Positions 32,083 through 42,744 of a stretch of DNA of 64,000 nt are shown piece by piece. The notes beneath the pieces were generated by a model. That model was given only the letters and a program-made list of their open reading frames with translations. It searched no databases and had not been told where the DNA came from. The stretch's first letter is position 1; each line of letters begins with the position of its first letter. The DNA is from an uncultured delta proteobacterium (GTDB lineage Bacteria; Myxococcota_A; Polyangia; Polyangiales; Polyangiaceae): contig CAWJCS010000005.1 in NCBI GenBank assembly GCA_963841435.1, positions 1,440,001 through 1,504,000 of the forward strand, in the 5' to 3' direction. The position numbers and the translations under genes are program-made.

Positions 32083-33114
32083 CTAGAATGTGACACCGAG
32101 GCCCAAGCTCGCCACGCCGTCGAAGTGTTGGAATTCAAAGACGTTCTCCTGGGTCTCGTCAACGCGGTAGACGAAGCGGGGCGCGCTCGGGAAGAAGCGC
32201 GCGCGCAGGCTCGCCGCAAGCACCAGCCTGCGGCTCACGCGCATCGTGCCCTCGAGGCCCGCCTCGGCGCCGAGCATGGTCGCCGACTGGCCGGTGCCGC
32301 CACGAATCGCCTCGGTGGACGCGTAGGTTAGCGCAAGCAATGCGGCCCCACAGAAACGCAACGTGATCGTCGGATCCAGCGCGGAGCCCTGGCACAGCCC
32401 GAGCCCCGCGAACGCGAAGCCGAGATCGGCCGCGGCAGGCGGTGCGACCGTAGCGGCCACCGGCAGAAACGCGCCGAGCTCCGCCCTCGCAAAGAGACGA
32501 CCTCCGAGCCGACGCGACAAAGCGAGCTCCGCGCCCGGACCGGGCTTCGGCAGCGTCACGGCCTGGCCGAGTAGCGACACGGCGAGCTCCCAGTCGTCCG
32601 TGTGCGGGAGGGGCGACGCCTCGAGTGTGGCTCGAGACTTGGCCTCTGGTCGAGCGAGCGCAGCATCGCCGTCGACCATCAAGGCGACGGCGAGCACGAG
32701 CGGCCCGTTGAGCGCGGCGCAGCTCCTGCCCTCGACGACCAGCTCGCGTTCGCCGAGCATCGTATCGGAGCCGCCGCGGAAGAGCTCGATGAGCGCGCGG
32801 TACCTCGACCCCTGTGGAGGCTCGGCATGGATAGCGACGACGAAGTCGGTCGCACCCGCCAAAAAGATGGGGCGACCAAGGTACTCTTCGACGGCTCGCG
32901 CCAGGGCATCGGCGCCGAGGCAACCACTCGTCGCCCCCGGCCCGCCCCATCGCAGGCCGACGCTCGCGCGGGAAGGATCGCCCGGCGCCACCGCCGGCCC
33001 TTGCGCGACGGCGGGCGAGCTCGCGAGCGCGGTACCGAGCGCGAGCACGCCAGTCATAAAGGAGCTGCCCAGCGGACGGTGCCTTTGCGCGGCGGGGGAG
33101 CTCCAATCGGGCAT
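32083..33114 (-). CDS. Secreted / outer-membrane protein with beta-strand-rich C-terminus (ECF cassette)
   Basis: Signal peptide; Cys pair; ends LGLGVTF. Confidence 0.7.
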   Translation of the reverse strand: MPDWSSPAAQRHRPLGSSFMTGVLALGTALASSPAVAQGPAVAPGDPSRASVGLRWGGPGATSGCLGADALARAVEEYLGRPIFLAGATDFVVAIHAEPPQGSRYRALIELFRGGSDTMLGERELVVEGRSCAALNGPLVLAVALMVDGDAALARPEAKSRATLEASPLPHTDDWELAVSLLGQAVTLPKPGPGAELALSRRLGGRLFARAELGAFLPVAATVAPPAAADLGFAFAGLGLCQGSALDPTITLRFCGAALLALTYASTEAIRGGTGQSATMLGAEAGLEGTMRVSRRLVLAASLRARFFPSAPRFVYRVDETQENVFEFQHFDGVASLGLGVTF

Positions 33115-33170
33115 GGCTTCCCCTCGGAAGGCTTACTGCCTCCTTCCGAGCAAGACAACCCGAGACTACC

Positions 33171-33893
33171 CTAGTGCCACAGGCAGTAGCCGATGGGCGC
33201 TCCTTCGTAGACGTAGCAATACATACCGCCAGGGCAGCTCGCTTCGAGGTCCCCGTCCTTGCAGACGAGCAAGCAGTATTTTTTGCTCACGAAGTCGACG
33301 CAGCCGGCGCTCGCCTCGCCCGAGGCTGCCACGACCGAACAGTCGCTCGCGCTTTCGCATTCGTTCGAGCAGCCATAGCCGAACACCTCCTGATCCACGC
33401 GGATACCGAGGCACAAAAGCGACTCCGGATCGCCACAGGAGAGCGTGTCGCCGTGACATTCGATCTCGTAAGGCGATGCCGCCCCACCGCCGCCGGCCGC
33501 TCTCCCCGCACCCTCTGTTTGGCCAGCAAAAGCGCCAGCGCCCGACGTTCCGCCCACTGCTTCGACGCCGCTGCCGCCGCCCGTCCCGGCTCCACCTCGA
33601 CCGGCGCCGCTCGAGCCGCCGCTTGCGCTCGAGCCGCCGCTTGCGCTCGAGCCGCCGCTTGCGCTCGAGCCGCCGCTTGTGCTCGAGCCGCCGCTTCCCG
33701 CAAAAGAACCCGCGCCCGCCGAAACGCCGCCGGAGCCTTGCGTCGTGGTCGCTCCGCTCGCTCCACCGGCAAAAGCGCCAGCCGGCGCGCCCGCGCTCGA
33801 ATTGCCTCCATCGTCACCGCACGCGGGAAGACAAGCGACCACGACGAAGAACGCGACCGTGAAGGTACGTCCGGATGCTCCACGTGAGCCCAT
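33171..33893 (-). CDS. Gly/Ser-rich, Cys-rich lipoprotein
   Basis: LPAC lipobox, SGGSSA repeats, Cys-rich C-terminal domain. Confidence 0.72.
   Translation of the reverse strand: MGSRGASGRTFTVAFFVVVACLPACGDDGGNSSAGAPAGAFAGGASGATTTQGSGGVSAGAGSFAGSGGSSTSGGSSASGGSSASGGSSASGGSSGAGRGGAGTGGGSGVEAVGGTSGAGAFAGQTEGAGRAAGGGGAASPYEIECHGDTLSCGDPESLLCLGIRVDQEVFGYGCSNECESASDCSVVAASGEASAGCVDFVSKKYCLLVCKDGDLEASCPGGMYCYVYEGAPIGYCLWH
33609..33696. repeat. 18-bp tandem repeat, about 5 copies
   Basis: GCTCGAGCCGCCGCTTGC units encoding the SGGSSA linker. Confidence 0.85.
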
Positions 33894-34016
33894 GGCGAGC
33901 CTCATGGGAGCAGCTCTGGGATTTTCTGACGCCAACGCGCTCACGTCGTTTTTTTCGGTGCCGATCAGAAAGCCCGCGGCGCGCCCCCATTTCGCGAGAA
34001 CCGAGACACGGGAGCC

Positions 34017-35216
34017 ATGGCACGCACCTACCCCATCGAGACGAGACTCTGGCTCCTTGGCCTCCTTTTCGCGGCCCCGCTCGGCGCGTGCTCGTCCGAC
34101 AACGAGGCGAGCGACCACGGCCTCGGAGGCGCCCGCGCCGGTGCTGGCGGCACGATCACCGGCCCCGTCGTGGATCCAAACGCGAGCGGCGGCGCCGGTG
34201 GCTCGCAGAGCGCGGGCTCCGGCGCGACCGCCGGCACCGGTGACCAGTGCGGCACGTCGGTCCTGAACGGCTGCGTCGGCACGTTCTTCGAAGGCGAAAG
34301 CCTGCCGCTCGACATCTACGTCATGTTCGACCAATCGGGCTCGATGCTGAACAACGTGGGTGGCGTCACCCGCCTCGCCGCGGTGCAGCAGGCGACGAGC
34401 GAGTTCTTGCGCGATCCCGAAAGCGCGGGCATCGGCGTCGGCATCGGCTACTTCGGCTACCAGCCCATCGGCGAAACCTCGTGCGAGGAGGCGTCTTACA
34501 CGGCCCCCGACGTGCCGGTTTCCCTGGATCACGAGCCGGTGATCGCGTCGCTCGACGCGCGCGAGCCGACGGGGGAGACCCCCACCACGGCGGCGCTCCG
34601 CGGCGCCTGCGCCTACGCGTCATCGTGGAAGCAAGAGCACCCGGAGCGCGGCGTCGTCATTCTGCTCGTCACCGACGGGAAGCCCGAGGCGCCCGTGTCG
34701 TGCCAGAACGGCGGCGCCTGCTGCCCCACCATCGACGACGCCGAGGCGGCTGCGCGCGCGTGTCACGACGACGAGCCCAACGTTCCGACCTACGTGCTCG
34801 GCGTCGGTCCCGAGCTCGAGCTTTTGAATCGGATTGCCGTGGCCGGCGGCACCAAGCGTGCTTACCTCGTCGGCAACGAGGACGTTGCGGCGAACGTTCT
34901 CGCAGCGCTCGCGACGATTCGCGGTGACGCTGCGATTCCGTGCAGCCTCGACATCCCCGCTGCGCCCGAAGGCGAGAGCCTCGACTACGGCGCGGTCAAC
35001 CTGTTCGCAGGTTTCTCGGGCGTCAACTGCCTCTCGCCAATCTACCACGTGGAGCAGGTGTCGGAATGCAGCCCGGACGGCGGCTGGTACTACGACGACA
35101 TCGGCTCGCCGAAGACGGTGGAGCTTTGCCCCTCGAGCTGTGACGCGGTGTCACGCCCGGGGAGCCGACTGCGCTTCTCGGTCGGCTGCGCGACGCTGGG
35201 TCCACCAGTGCACTGA
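34017..35216 (+). CDS. von Willebrand factor A domain lipoprotein
   Basis: LGAC lipobox; MIDAS DQSGSM, GETPT, VTDG. Confidence 0.88.
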   Translation: MARTYPIETRLWLLGLLFAAPLGACSSDNEASDHGLGGARAGAGGTITGPVVDPNASGGAGGSQSAGSGATAGTGDQCGTSVLNGCVGTFFEGESLPLDIYVMFDQSGSMLNNVGGVTRLAAVQQATSEFLRDPESAGIGVGIGYFGYQPIGETSCEEASYTAPDVPVSLDHEPVIASLDAREPTGETPTTAALRGACAYASSWKQEHPERGVVILLVTDGKPEAPVSCQNGGACCPTIDDAEAAARACHDDEPNVPTYVLGVGPELELLNRIAVAGGTKRAYLVGNEDVAANVLAALATIRGDAAIPCSLDIPAAPEGESLDYGAVNLFAGFSGVNCLSPIYHVEQVSECSPDGGWYYDDIGSPKTVELCPSSCDAVSRPGSRLRFSVGCATLGPPVH

Positions 35217-35270
35217 GGACGATCGCGTTCGAGGGCCGAGCATCGAACGCGCGACAGACGGAGGAAATTC

Positions 35271-36558
35271 ATGAGCATGCGTCATTTCGGTCTCATCCCC
35301 TTCACTCTCGGACTCGGCTTCGCCGCCGCGGGCTGCGGCTCGAGTGGAGACGGCGCAGCCGGATCGGGCGGCGCAGCCGGATCAGGCGGGGCGACCGATT
35401 CGGGCGGGGCAACCGGGTCCGCGGGCACGATGGGCTCCGGCGCGACGAGCGGCTCAGGCGCCTCGAGCGGCAGCGCCGGAAGCGCGACCGGAACGAGCGG
35501 ACCGCCGCTGTTTCCAGGGAGCGGCAGCGCGGGCATCCCGCTCGCGCCTGGCTGCGGGCCCGCGACGGCGAGTGAATGCGGCGGAGCCTGCGAGCGCGCC
35601 GCGGGTGGCGGGACGACCACCATCGTGAGGCCCCCTGCAGCGCTCTGCTTCGCGGGCGCAGAGGATCCCACGCCCGACAATCCGACTGCCGTCATCGAGC
35701 AGGTCATCGAGGTGGTCAACGGCGTGTCGATGGTTCATCTGCGCGTCACCTTCGACCCCTCGTTCGCCGACAACAGCTACGGCGCGGGCGCGTGCTGCGG
35801 GTGGGTGCCTGCGGATGCTCCGGCAACGGACCCCATGGCCATGGGTGGCATGATGAAGCCGCCGAAGGGAAAAGGCGGACACACCTTCGGCGATCTCGTG
35901 GGCAGCGACCACCTCGAGCTCCTCTTGACAGATGGGAGCGGAGCCACGGTGATGGACTTCAAGATCGACTACGTGTCGGTCAACCCGGATGCGCCTTGCG
36001 GCTACGGGTCGCTCGGCGTGCTCGGCGGTGAGGGCAAGGTGATCATGGGCGATGCCTCGGCCGTGCTCGCCGTGGCGACGAGCATCGACCGCAATCTCAA
36101 CGGCTGCGGCTACTGCTACACGGAAGATTCCCCCATCACCGACGACTCGTACACGCCGAACGCCGACGCGCCGAACTGGGATTATCGCGTCGTGTACGAG
36201 GTGTGGATCGCGCTCGACGCGTTCGGGGGCGCGGGCTTCGGTCAGGCGTACATCGAGAACGTTCACGCCTCCCCGTCGAAGCTTGCTTCCAACACCGTCG
36301 AACGTCTCGGCCTCACCTTGCCCGCCCGGCTGGGACACGCCGTTCTGCCCGCCGGAGCTCGTGCAAACGAACGGCAGCTGCGGCGGTGAGACTGGCGAAT
36401 GCCCGCCGAACCACGAGCTTTACGTGTTAACGGAAGGCCAGCACATCTGCGCCCCGATCCCCTTCGCGAACTACCCCGGCATGACGGCCTGCCCCGAAGG
36501 CTACGCGCTCGATCCCGCGACGGAAGGGCGCTACTGCCTGCCGGTCTCACCAGGGTAG
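35271..36558 (+). CDS. Secreted Gly/Cys-rich lipoprotein (+1 frameshift at about 36301)
   Basis: AAGC lipobox; the two ORFs join as NTVDVSASPCPPGW on removing one A. Confidence 0.72.
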
Positions 36559-36576
36559 GGCCGGCACGTCGAGACC

Positions 36577-36919
36577 GTGCCACCTCGTGCTGCGGAGGAG
36601 GAGGGATTCGACCCGTCCGAACTGATCCGCTCGGGCTCGACCAGCTTCGCCGCTTCGCCCTACCATGCGCCACACGTAAGGGCCGCGACGCCGCAGGCGG
36701 CGCGAACCCGCGCTACCCCGTGGAGGCTACGTGCCACCTCGTGCTGCGGAGGAGGAGGGATTCGACCCGTCCGAACTGATCCGCTCGGGCTCGACCAGCT
36801 TCGCCGCTTCGCCCGACCACGCGCCACACGTCAGGGCCGCGACGCCGCAGGCGGCGCGAACCCGCGCTACCCCGTGGAGGCTTCGTGTCACCTTGTGCTG
36901 CGGAGGAGGAGGGATTCGA
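36577..36919. repeat. tRNA-linked tandem repeat, 154-bp period (2 full copies + partial)
   Basis: Units start at 36577, 36731 and 36885; 4 differences counted between the two full copies; each holds the last 19 nt of tRNA-Ser. Confidence 0.93.
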
Positions 36920-36987
36920 ACCCACGGTAGCCTTTCGACTACGCCGGTTTTCAAAACCGGTGCCTTAGACCGCTCGGCCACTCCTCC
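36901..36987 (-). tRNA. tRNA-Ser (anticodon TGA), CCA not encoded
   Basis: GGAGGAGTGGCCGAGCGGTCTAAGGCACCGGTTTTGAAAACCGGCGTAGTCGAAAGGCTACCGTGGGTTCGAATCCCTCCTCCTCCG; long variable arm. Confidence 0.96.
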
Positions 36988-37008
36988 AAGTATTTGGAGA
37001 CGCGCGGA

Positions 37009-37037
37009 AACTTGGTGGATTGGGGGGCGAGCGTCAA
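37009..37037 (-). promoter_or_regulatory. Sigma70-type promoter of tRNA-Ser
   Basis: TTGACG-17 nt-CAAGTT; the same TTGACG at identical spacing precedes the 5' fragment (49751-49756). Confidence 0.55.
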
Positions 37038-37202
37038 GGCGAGCGCTCGGGCCTCTGGCTGCCCACCGCTCGTCGGGTGGCCGCCGGCACACTCTCGGCT
37101 GCGGACCGCGGAGAATCGGCACGCAAGCGCACGGCACGCTTCCGGCAGTCGACGCGCCGTGGACGCCGTCTCGCCACGTCGCGGGGCAAGACCCTACACC
37201 CA

Positions 37203-37460
37203 GCGTCAACCCGCTCGTCGGCGCGCACCTCGAATCCTTCCTCGCATCGGCGCGCGAGGAGCACGAGCGGGGCCTGCCACGCTACGTGGAAGCCGAGCTC
37301 CGCGCGTACCTTCGCTGCGGCATTCACGCCTAGGGCTTCCTGCGCGCACGGTGCCGAGAGTGCGCGCGCGAGCTTCTCGTCGCCTTCTCGTGCAAGCGTC
37401 GAGGGGTCTGTCCGTCCTGCAACGCGCGGCGGATGTGCGGGACCGCCGCGCACCTCCGCG
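37203..37460 (+). pseudogene. IS91-family-like transposase, N-terminal zinc-binding domain fragment
   Basis: LPRYVEAELRAYLRCGIHA*GFLRARCRECARELLVAFSCKRRGVCPSCNARRM, with an internal TAG. Confidence 0.85.
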
Positions 37461-37749
37461 TCGTCGCTTGGCTTCAACGTCGGGCGACGCGTCGAAGATG
37501 CTGGTTGGCTCGTTGGTGGGGAGGAAGCAGGTGACGCTGCCCTCCACGCCCGGCACTCGCCTCGCTGCCGCTGGCCCCCAGCCGCGGCAACGATCCTATC
37601 CAGTTGTCGAGACCAAGGCTGTTGTTCCGCTTGGGAGCCCACTCTCGGGTCTCTCGGCGTTGCCCGCGGACCCAGTGGGAAGGACTTCGTCACATCCCTT
37701 GGCCGTCCATTCGGCGGCAGAGCCTTCGGCAGACGTATGGGATGAGCCT

Positions 37750-37933
37750 TCGTGGGTATACGTTCGTAGAAATTAGGCCTTACAGCAGCGCTGGGGCCTA
37801 CAACGACTTCGGTCTTGCCATCACCCGTCGAGACTTGAGCGAGGCCAGCTGCACTAACACGACGCTCCCCTGGGTCAAATTCCATGGAACCGGTATGCAG
37901 CAATACGCACTAACCTGGGGCAACGCCAGCTGA
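37750..37933 (+). pseudogene. C-terminal fragment of a secreted protein resembling the next gene
   Basis: LAITRRDLSEASC...LPWVKF; no N-terminus seen. Confidence 0.4.
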
Positions 37934-37957
37934 ATAGGACTGGAGGCATTCATGACC

Positions 37958-38586
37958 ATGAAACTGGGAATAGGCTTTTGGATCGCGTTCGTGGCTTCGA
38001 GCACCGTAGTGCCGGTTGCGCTGGCAGACACTGAACTAAACCTCGAGATCGCCGACGAGCTGACCCACAACACGACGACGGGCGCGAACACGCTTACGAG
38101 TGGCGGATGCGGAGTATCAGCTTTGCCTTCGATGTCGAGAGTCGGGATGGGGTTTGGTCCGATGGGCGCCCCTATGTAGAGATTAAGGGCACAGATGCTT
38201 CACCGTATGGCCATTGTCTTCAGTTGGTTTTTGAGTCGCCCAACAATAGCGGGAGCTTGGAAATTCGGGCCAAAGACCACGGAACCAGCAAGCAGATTTA
38301 CGCCTTCGCCCTGAACAACGGCGCACATGCCATCCGGTTGTGGGTCAATAAGAACGCCGGTGGAAGCGGAACAAGCTTGCCCTGGACGCTCTACGCGCTG
38401 CCGGTCACACTTGGGGATTCCGGCACGGTAGCCCAGCTGGATATTCGAAGAATCGAGCTTGGCAAGGCGGCTTGCGCGACCAACCCGGGTGGCGATCCGT
38501 GGGTAGGTGATGGCACCATTCGTTGGCCGTGGGTCACGATCGAGGGCTACTCGAGCGCATATACCGTCACCACGGGTCACTTCTGA
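37958..38586 (+). pseudogene. Secreted hypothetical protein, frameshifted at about 38110-38125
   Basis: Signal peptide MKLGIGFWIAF...ALA in one frame and the body in another; visibly lower GC. Confidence 0.55.
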
Positions 38587-38779
38587 GGCGAGCTAAGGCA
38601 ATAGCGTCGGCATGACCACTGGAGGTCTGCAGCAAGCGCGCTCGCCCCCAGGGCCCGGTTCCGTGGCAGCGAGGAGAATCCCTCTTCTCCATCCTGGACG
38701 AAGATGTTGCCCAGGCGATCCTCGATAGTGTCGATCTACCGAGCCGCCCGCCCCCGGTTGCTAGAGCACGCTCGCCGGA

Positions 38780-38961
38780 CCTTCGCGACGAGTGAGTTCC
38801 TTACCGCAGGACTCGTCAACTACTTGCATGTCGTAGTGGTCCGAATCCTGCTCGGCCGGGGCATGCGTCTTTGGGACGGGCTCGAGGGCCTCGAGAAAGA
38901 GTACAGGGTCGAAGCCACCTCCTCACCGAGCGGAGTCACGCACGTGACGTTCACGCGTTGA
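38780..38961 (+). pseudogene. RibD C-terminal / dihydrofolate reductase family fragment
   Basis: EFLTAGLVNYLHVVVVRILLGRGMRLWDGLEG...SGVTHVTFTR. Confidence 0.7.
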
Positions 38962-39420
38962 GATGCGCGCTCGGCGCGAGCGTCGGGCCGGCACCATGCG
39001 CTGGCGGGAGGCTCGCGCAACCCTCGCAAGTCCGGATTCCCGAATCCGGACGAGGCTAGCGGGGAAGCATCTGGGCTGACACGTGGGTCAGCGGCCTCTT
39101 GCCGCACGCAGTCTTGATGATGACTGACGGTTCCGTCTTCTCGGATCCCTGACACTCACCGCCGCTTGGTGGTGGCGAGAATCAGACGCGGTCGAGGACC
39201 GCCACGTTCTCGTAGGCAAGTGATGCGGCCGAGATGAGGACGCGGTGGCGCTGGCAGCGAACGCAGCCGTCGCGGTCGGCCTGGTGCGTTGCTCTGCCGC
39301 CTCGCGCAGGCTTCGAGTGCACGCGGATAGCGACGCGGAGAGGCTCCCCAACAGCTCCTCAAGTAAGAACTTCGAGGCCTGCGTCATCCGCAAGACCCCG
39401 CGGAAGCACGGGAAAATGAA

Positions 39421-39460
39421 GAGGGCCTCGCCGGTCATCCCGATGAGGCCCTCTGTTTTG
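39421..39460 (+). terminator. Intrinsic terminator-like hairpin
   Basis: GAGGGCCTC...GAGGCCCTC followed by TGTTTT. Confidence 0.5.
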
Positions 39461-39751
39461 CCTGGCGCCCAAGTGGTTCGCCTTGCGTAAAGTTGGCTCA
39501 AAAACCGTCTGCCTTAGGGCATTCGGCGAGCACGCTCAAGCATCTGTAATTGCTTGGTTTCGGTTGTTAATTGGCCGGTCACAATGCCTGCGGCAGGGCC
39601 TCCGCGCCGAACAGCCCCGGTGTCACTAGTAACGCAAACTTGACTAATACTGGCGTCTAGTAAAGGATTCGTTCCTAGAGCACCACCTTGGTAACGCAGG
39701 CTTTCCCAGCCAGCGGACCCGGTCAAGGGAGCGTTCCCAGCGGAGCCGACG

Positions 39752-40951
39752 ATGCCGAAGCGAGCCACCGGACGATACGAGAGGACCACCGTGGGTGGGG
39801 AGGAGGTCGCGGCCTTCGTCCCGCACGCGCTGCCGCCTGCGGATCCGCCCGTCGTCGTCGACGCCGCCTTGGCCGAGCGCCTCCGTGCAGCCGAGCAAGC
39901 CCTCGTGCGCCTCGAGCTGGCCGGGGAGATGGTCCCGTCGCTCGACTGGTTCATCTACGCGTTCGTCCGCAAGGAGGCCGTGCTCTCGTCGCAGATCGAG
40001 GGGACACAGGCGACCCTCGTCGACCTGCTCACGTTCGAGGCCCAGGGCGGCGCAGAGCAGAGCGCCGCGCCCAACGCCGACGTCGAGGAGGTGTGCAACT
40101 ACCTCGACGCGCTCGCCCACGCGCGTGCGCAGCTCACCGACGCGAAGGGCCTGCCCCTCTCGATGCGCCTCCTGAACGAGACCCACGCCCGACTCATGCG
40201 GGGTGTGCGTGGCGCAGAAAAGCTGCCCGGAGAAGTGCGCCGCAGTCAGAATTGGATCGGCGGAAGCCGGCCTGGCAACGCAGCGTACGTGCCGCCACCT
40301 CCGCACGCGCTCGGCGAGGTGCTCGGGGCTTTCGAGAAGTACCTTCACGCTGACGACTCGCTGCCGTCGCTCGTGCGCGCGGGGCTCCTGCACGTGCAGT
40401 TCGAGACCATCCACCCGTATCTCGACGGCAACGGCCGCATCGGACGCCTGCTCGTGACGCTGCTGCTGGAGCACTGGAAGCTGCTCACCAAGCCACTCCT
40501 CTACCTGAGCCTCTTCTTCAAGCGGCATCGCGAGGACTACTACCGTCGGCTCAACGCCGTGCGGGTCGAGGGCGACTGGGAGGGGTGGCTTGACTTCTTC
40601 CTCGACGGCGTCGCGACGATCGCCGACGAAGCGGTCGCCTCAGCGCGGGAGTTGTTCGCGCTCCTGGCCGCGGATCGCACGCGTGTGCTCGCACACGAGG
40701 GGATGTCGGTCCTTGCGCTGCGGCTCTTCGAGCTCTTGCCGCGCCACCCCGTCGCGACCGTCGCATCGGTGATGAAGCTCGTGGAGACGACCAAGCCCAC
40801 GGCGGGGCGGGCGATCGACCTGCTCGTGGCCGCAGGCGTTCTCGTCGAGACGACCGGCAAGAAGCGCGGCCGCTCCTTCGTGTACCGGAGCTACCTCAAT
40901 CGACTCCGCGTCGGTACCGAGCTCGGTGGCGCACAGGTCCCCGGTCGCTGA
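39752..40951 (+). CDS. Fic family protein with C-terminal HTH
   Basis: EAVLSSQIEGT; catalytic HPYLDGNGRIGR. Confidence 0.94.
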   Translation: MPKRATGRYERTTVGGEEVAAFVPHALPPADPPVVVDAALAERLRAAEQALVRLELAGEMVPSLDWFIYAFVRKEAVLSSQIEGTQATLVDLLTFEAQGGAEQSAAPNADVEEVCNYLDALAHARAQLTDAKGLPLSMRLLNETHARLMRGVRGAEKLPGEVRRSQNWIGGSRPGNAAYVPPPPHALGEVLGAFEKYLHADDSLPSLVRAGLLHVQFETIHPYLDGNGRIGRLLVTLLLEHWKLLTKPLLYLSLFFKRHREDYYRRLNAVRVEGDWEGWLDFFLDGVATIADEAVASARELFALLAADRTRVLAHEGMSVLALRLFELLPRHPVATVASVMKLVETTKPTAGRAIDLLVAAGVLVETTGKKRGRSFVYRSYLNRLRVGTELGGAQVPGR

Positions 40952-41053
40952 AGAAATCGTCGCCGGCCATGTCCCCCTTTCGCACGCCGGGCCGCTTTTC
41001 ACCCCCATGAGCCCGCTCGGCCTCGTGTCCCTTCCGCGCGCCGCGATATCTTC

Positions 41054-42050
41054 GTGGCCTTGGACGCCGACCCCGACCTTCCCGACATTCGCGACGACGA
41101 CCCGCGCTGCGTGCGCTGCGCTGTGTACACGCGCCAGTCGGTCAAGCGCGCGGGCGACGACCCCGCCGTCCTGCGCGCTCCAGCGGACGCTCTGCACGGA
41201 GTCATCCGCAGCAAGACCTGGGAGTTCTGGTACCCGATCGCCGAGCGCTTCGACGATCAGGGCGAGAGCGGCGCGACGCTCGTGCGCCCCGGCCTCGCCA
41301 AGCTGCTCCGGCGCATCGAGGACGGCGACATCCATCGGGTCATCGTCTACCGCGTGGATCGTCTCACTCGGAAGCTCGCGGATCTCGCACGCCTCGCCGC
41401 GCACCTCGAGCGCCACCGCATCGGCCTCACGATTGTGTCCGGCAATATCGACGCCGACGCTGGGTCGCTCGCGGGGCTGCAGGTGAACATGCTCGCCACC
41501 TTCGCCGAGTGGGAGCGCGAGATCATCTGCAAGCGGATCGCCGACATGGGCGGCACCATCAAGGCGCGCGGCGAGCGGTCCGCCGGGCGCGTCCCCCTCG
41601 GCTACCGGACGGACCCCGCCAAGCAGCTCGTCATCGACGAAGAGGCCACCGTGGCGGTGCGGTGTTGTTCAGCGAGGCCGCGAAGGGCACGACGACGAAC
41701 GACCTCGTGAAGAAGGCCAACAAGAGGAAGCTGACCGGCAAGGCGTGGTCAGCACGTACGGTGCCTCGCCTGCGGACCAACCAGACCTTACGCGGGCCAT
41801 CGCCCCGATGGAGCGCCAGGCCGTCACGTTGGGCTCGTCTCCGCGGAGCTGTTCTCGAAGGTGCAGCCGCTCATCGATGGACGCCGCACGCGCGCGCCCA
41901 AAAAGCCAAGCGAGCGCAACGCGGACGAGCGGCAGGTGATCGCGCTGTTCGACCCGTTCGTGCTGCGCGGGCTCATCATGTGCGGCACCTGCGGGAAGAC
42001 GATGTCACCCTCGATGAGCGAGGCGACCACGCCGAAGCTCGTGCGTGAAT
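41054..42050 (+). pseudogene. Large serine recombinase, frameshifted and truncated
   Basis: YTRQS, DQGESGATLVRPGL, YRVDRLTR, FAEWERE, PLGY, then frame breaks; Zn ribbon LRGLIMCGTCG. Confidence 0.85.
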
Positions 42051-42744
42051 ACCCACTGCCGCAGCAGCACCGGCGGCAGCACGTGCTCGGTCAGATTCAG
42101 GGCGGTGCTGATCTCGATGAGCGCTTCGCTCGGCTCGGTGAGAAGGCGAACTACGAGGCCACGCTTCGGGAACGAATTCCGAAGTTCCATGACCGCCTCA
42201 CTATCAGGGTGGACTTCCCTAGCAAGTGAACCGTCGGCGCTAGCAACCGGGGGACGGCCGCGTGGAAAGAGCGGCTTCGGCGACCAGCCAATCTTCAACG
42301 TCGAGTCCGGAGACGCAACCCCGATGTAGCCATCGATAATAAGCGGCGATCGCAATCTCATCGTGAGCAGGTCCATTCGGAAGGGACGCCTCGGCTAGCG
42401 GCCCCGGCCCGCCGACTGGATCGCGTTAGACTCGATCGGTCAACTGCGTGGGCACGTCGGCTCGCTCGTCGAATCCGCTTTGCGCTTCCTATCCGCAGCC
42501 GGACGCCGCAGGCGCTGCGGGAGTTTGCGTCGGCCAGCTGCGGGCAGCACCGGCAGCGCACCCACCGAGATCGATGTCGCAGCGTCGCGCGTTCACCGTA
42601 TGGCTCTCCGAGACAGCTCGTTGGGTCGCCGGCTGAGAGTTTGCCGTCACAGGTCGCTCGCCGCTCCCGGCGCCCTCGCCCGCCACGCCTCGTCCAGCGA
42701 TCACGCCGGCGCCCCAGTCGCCACCCGGGTCCTCGCCGCCACCA

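Noticed and set aside
36577-36919. CRISPR array
   Set aside because: Whole 154-bp units are near-identical with no unique spacers, and no cas genes are in the window
36901-36987. tRNA-Sec or suppressor tRNA
   Set aside because: TCA appears only on the non-coding strand; the anticodon is TGA with an ordinary 7-bp acceptor stem, i.e. Ser
41054-42229. Serine recombinase as the island's own integrase
   Set aside because: It is internal and broken, and a 41-bp tRNA repeat ending at the anticodon loop fits tyrosine integrases better; none was found, so the integrase remains unknown
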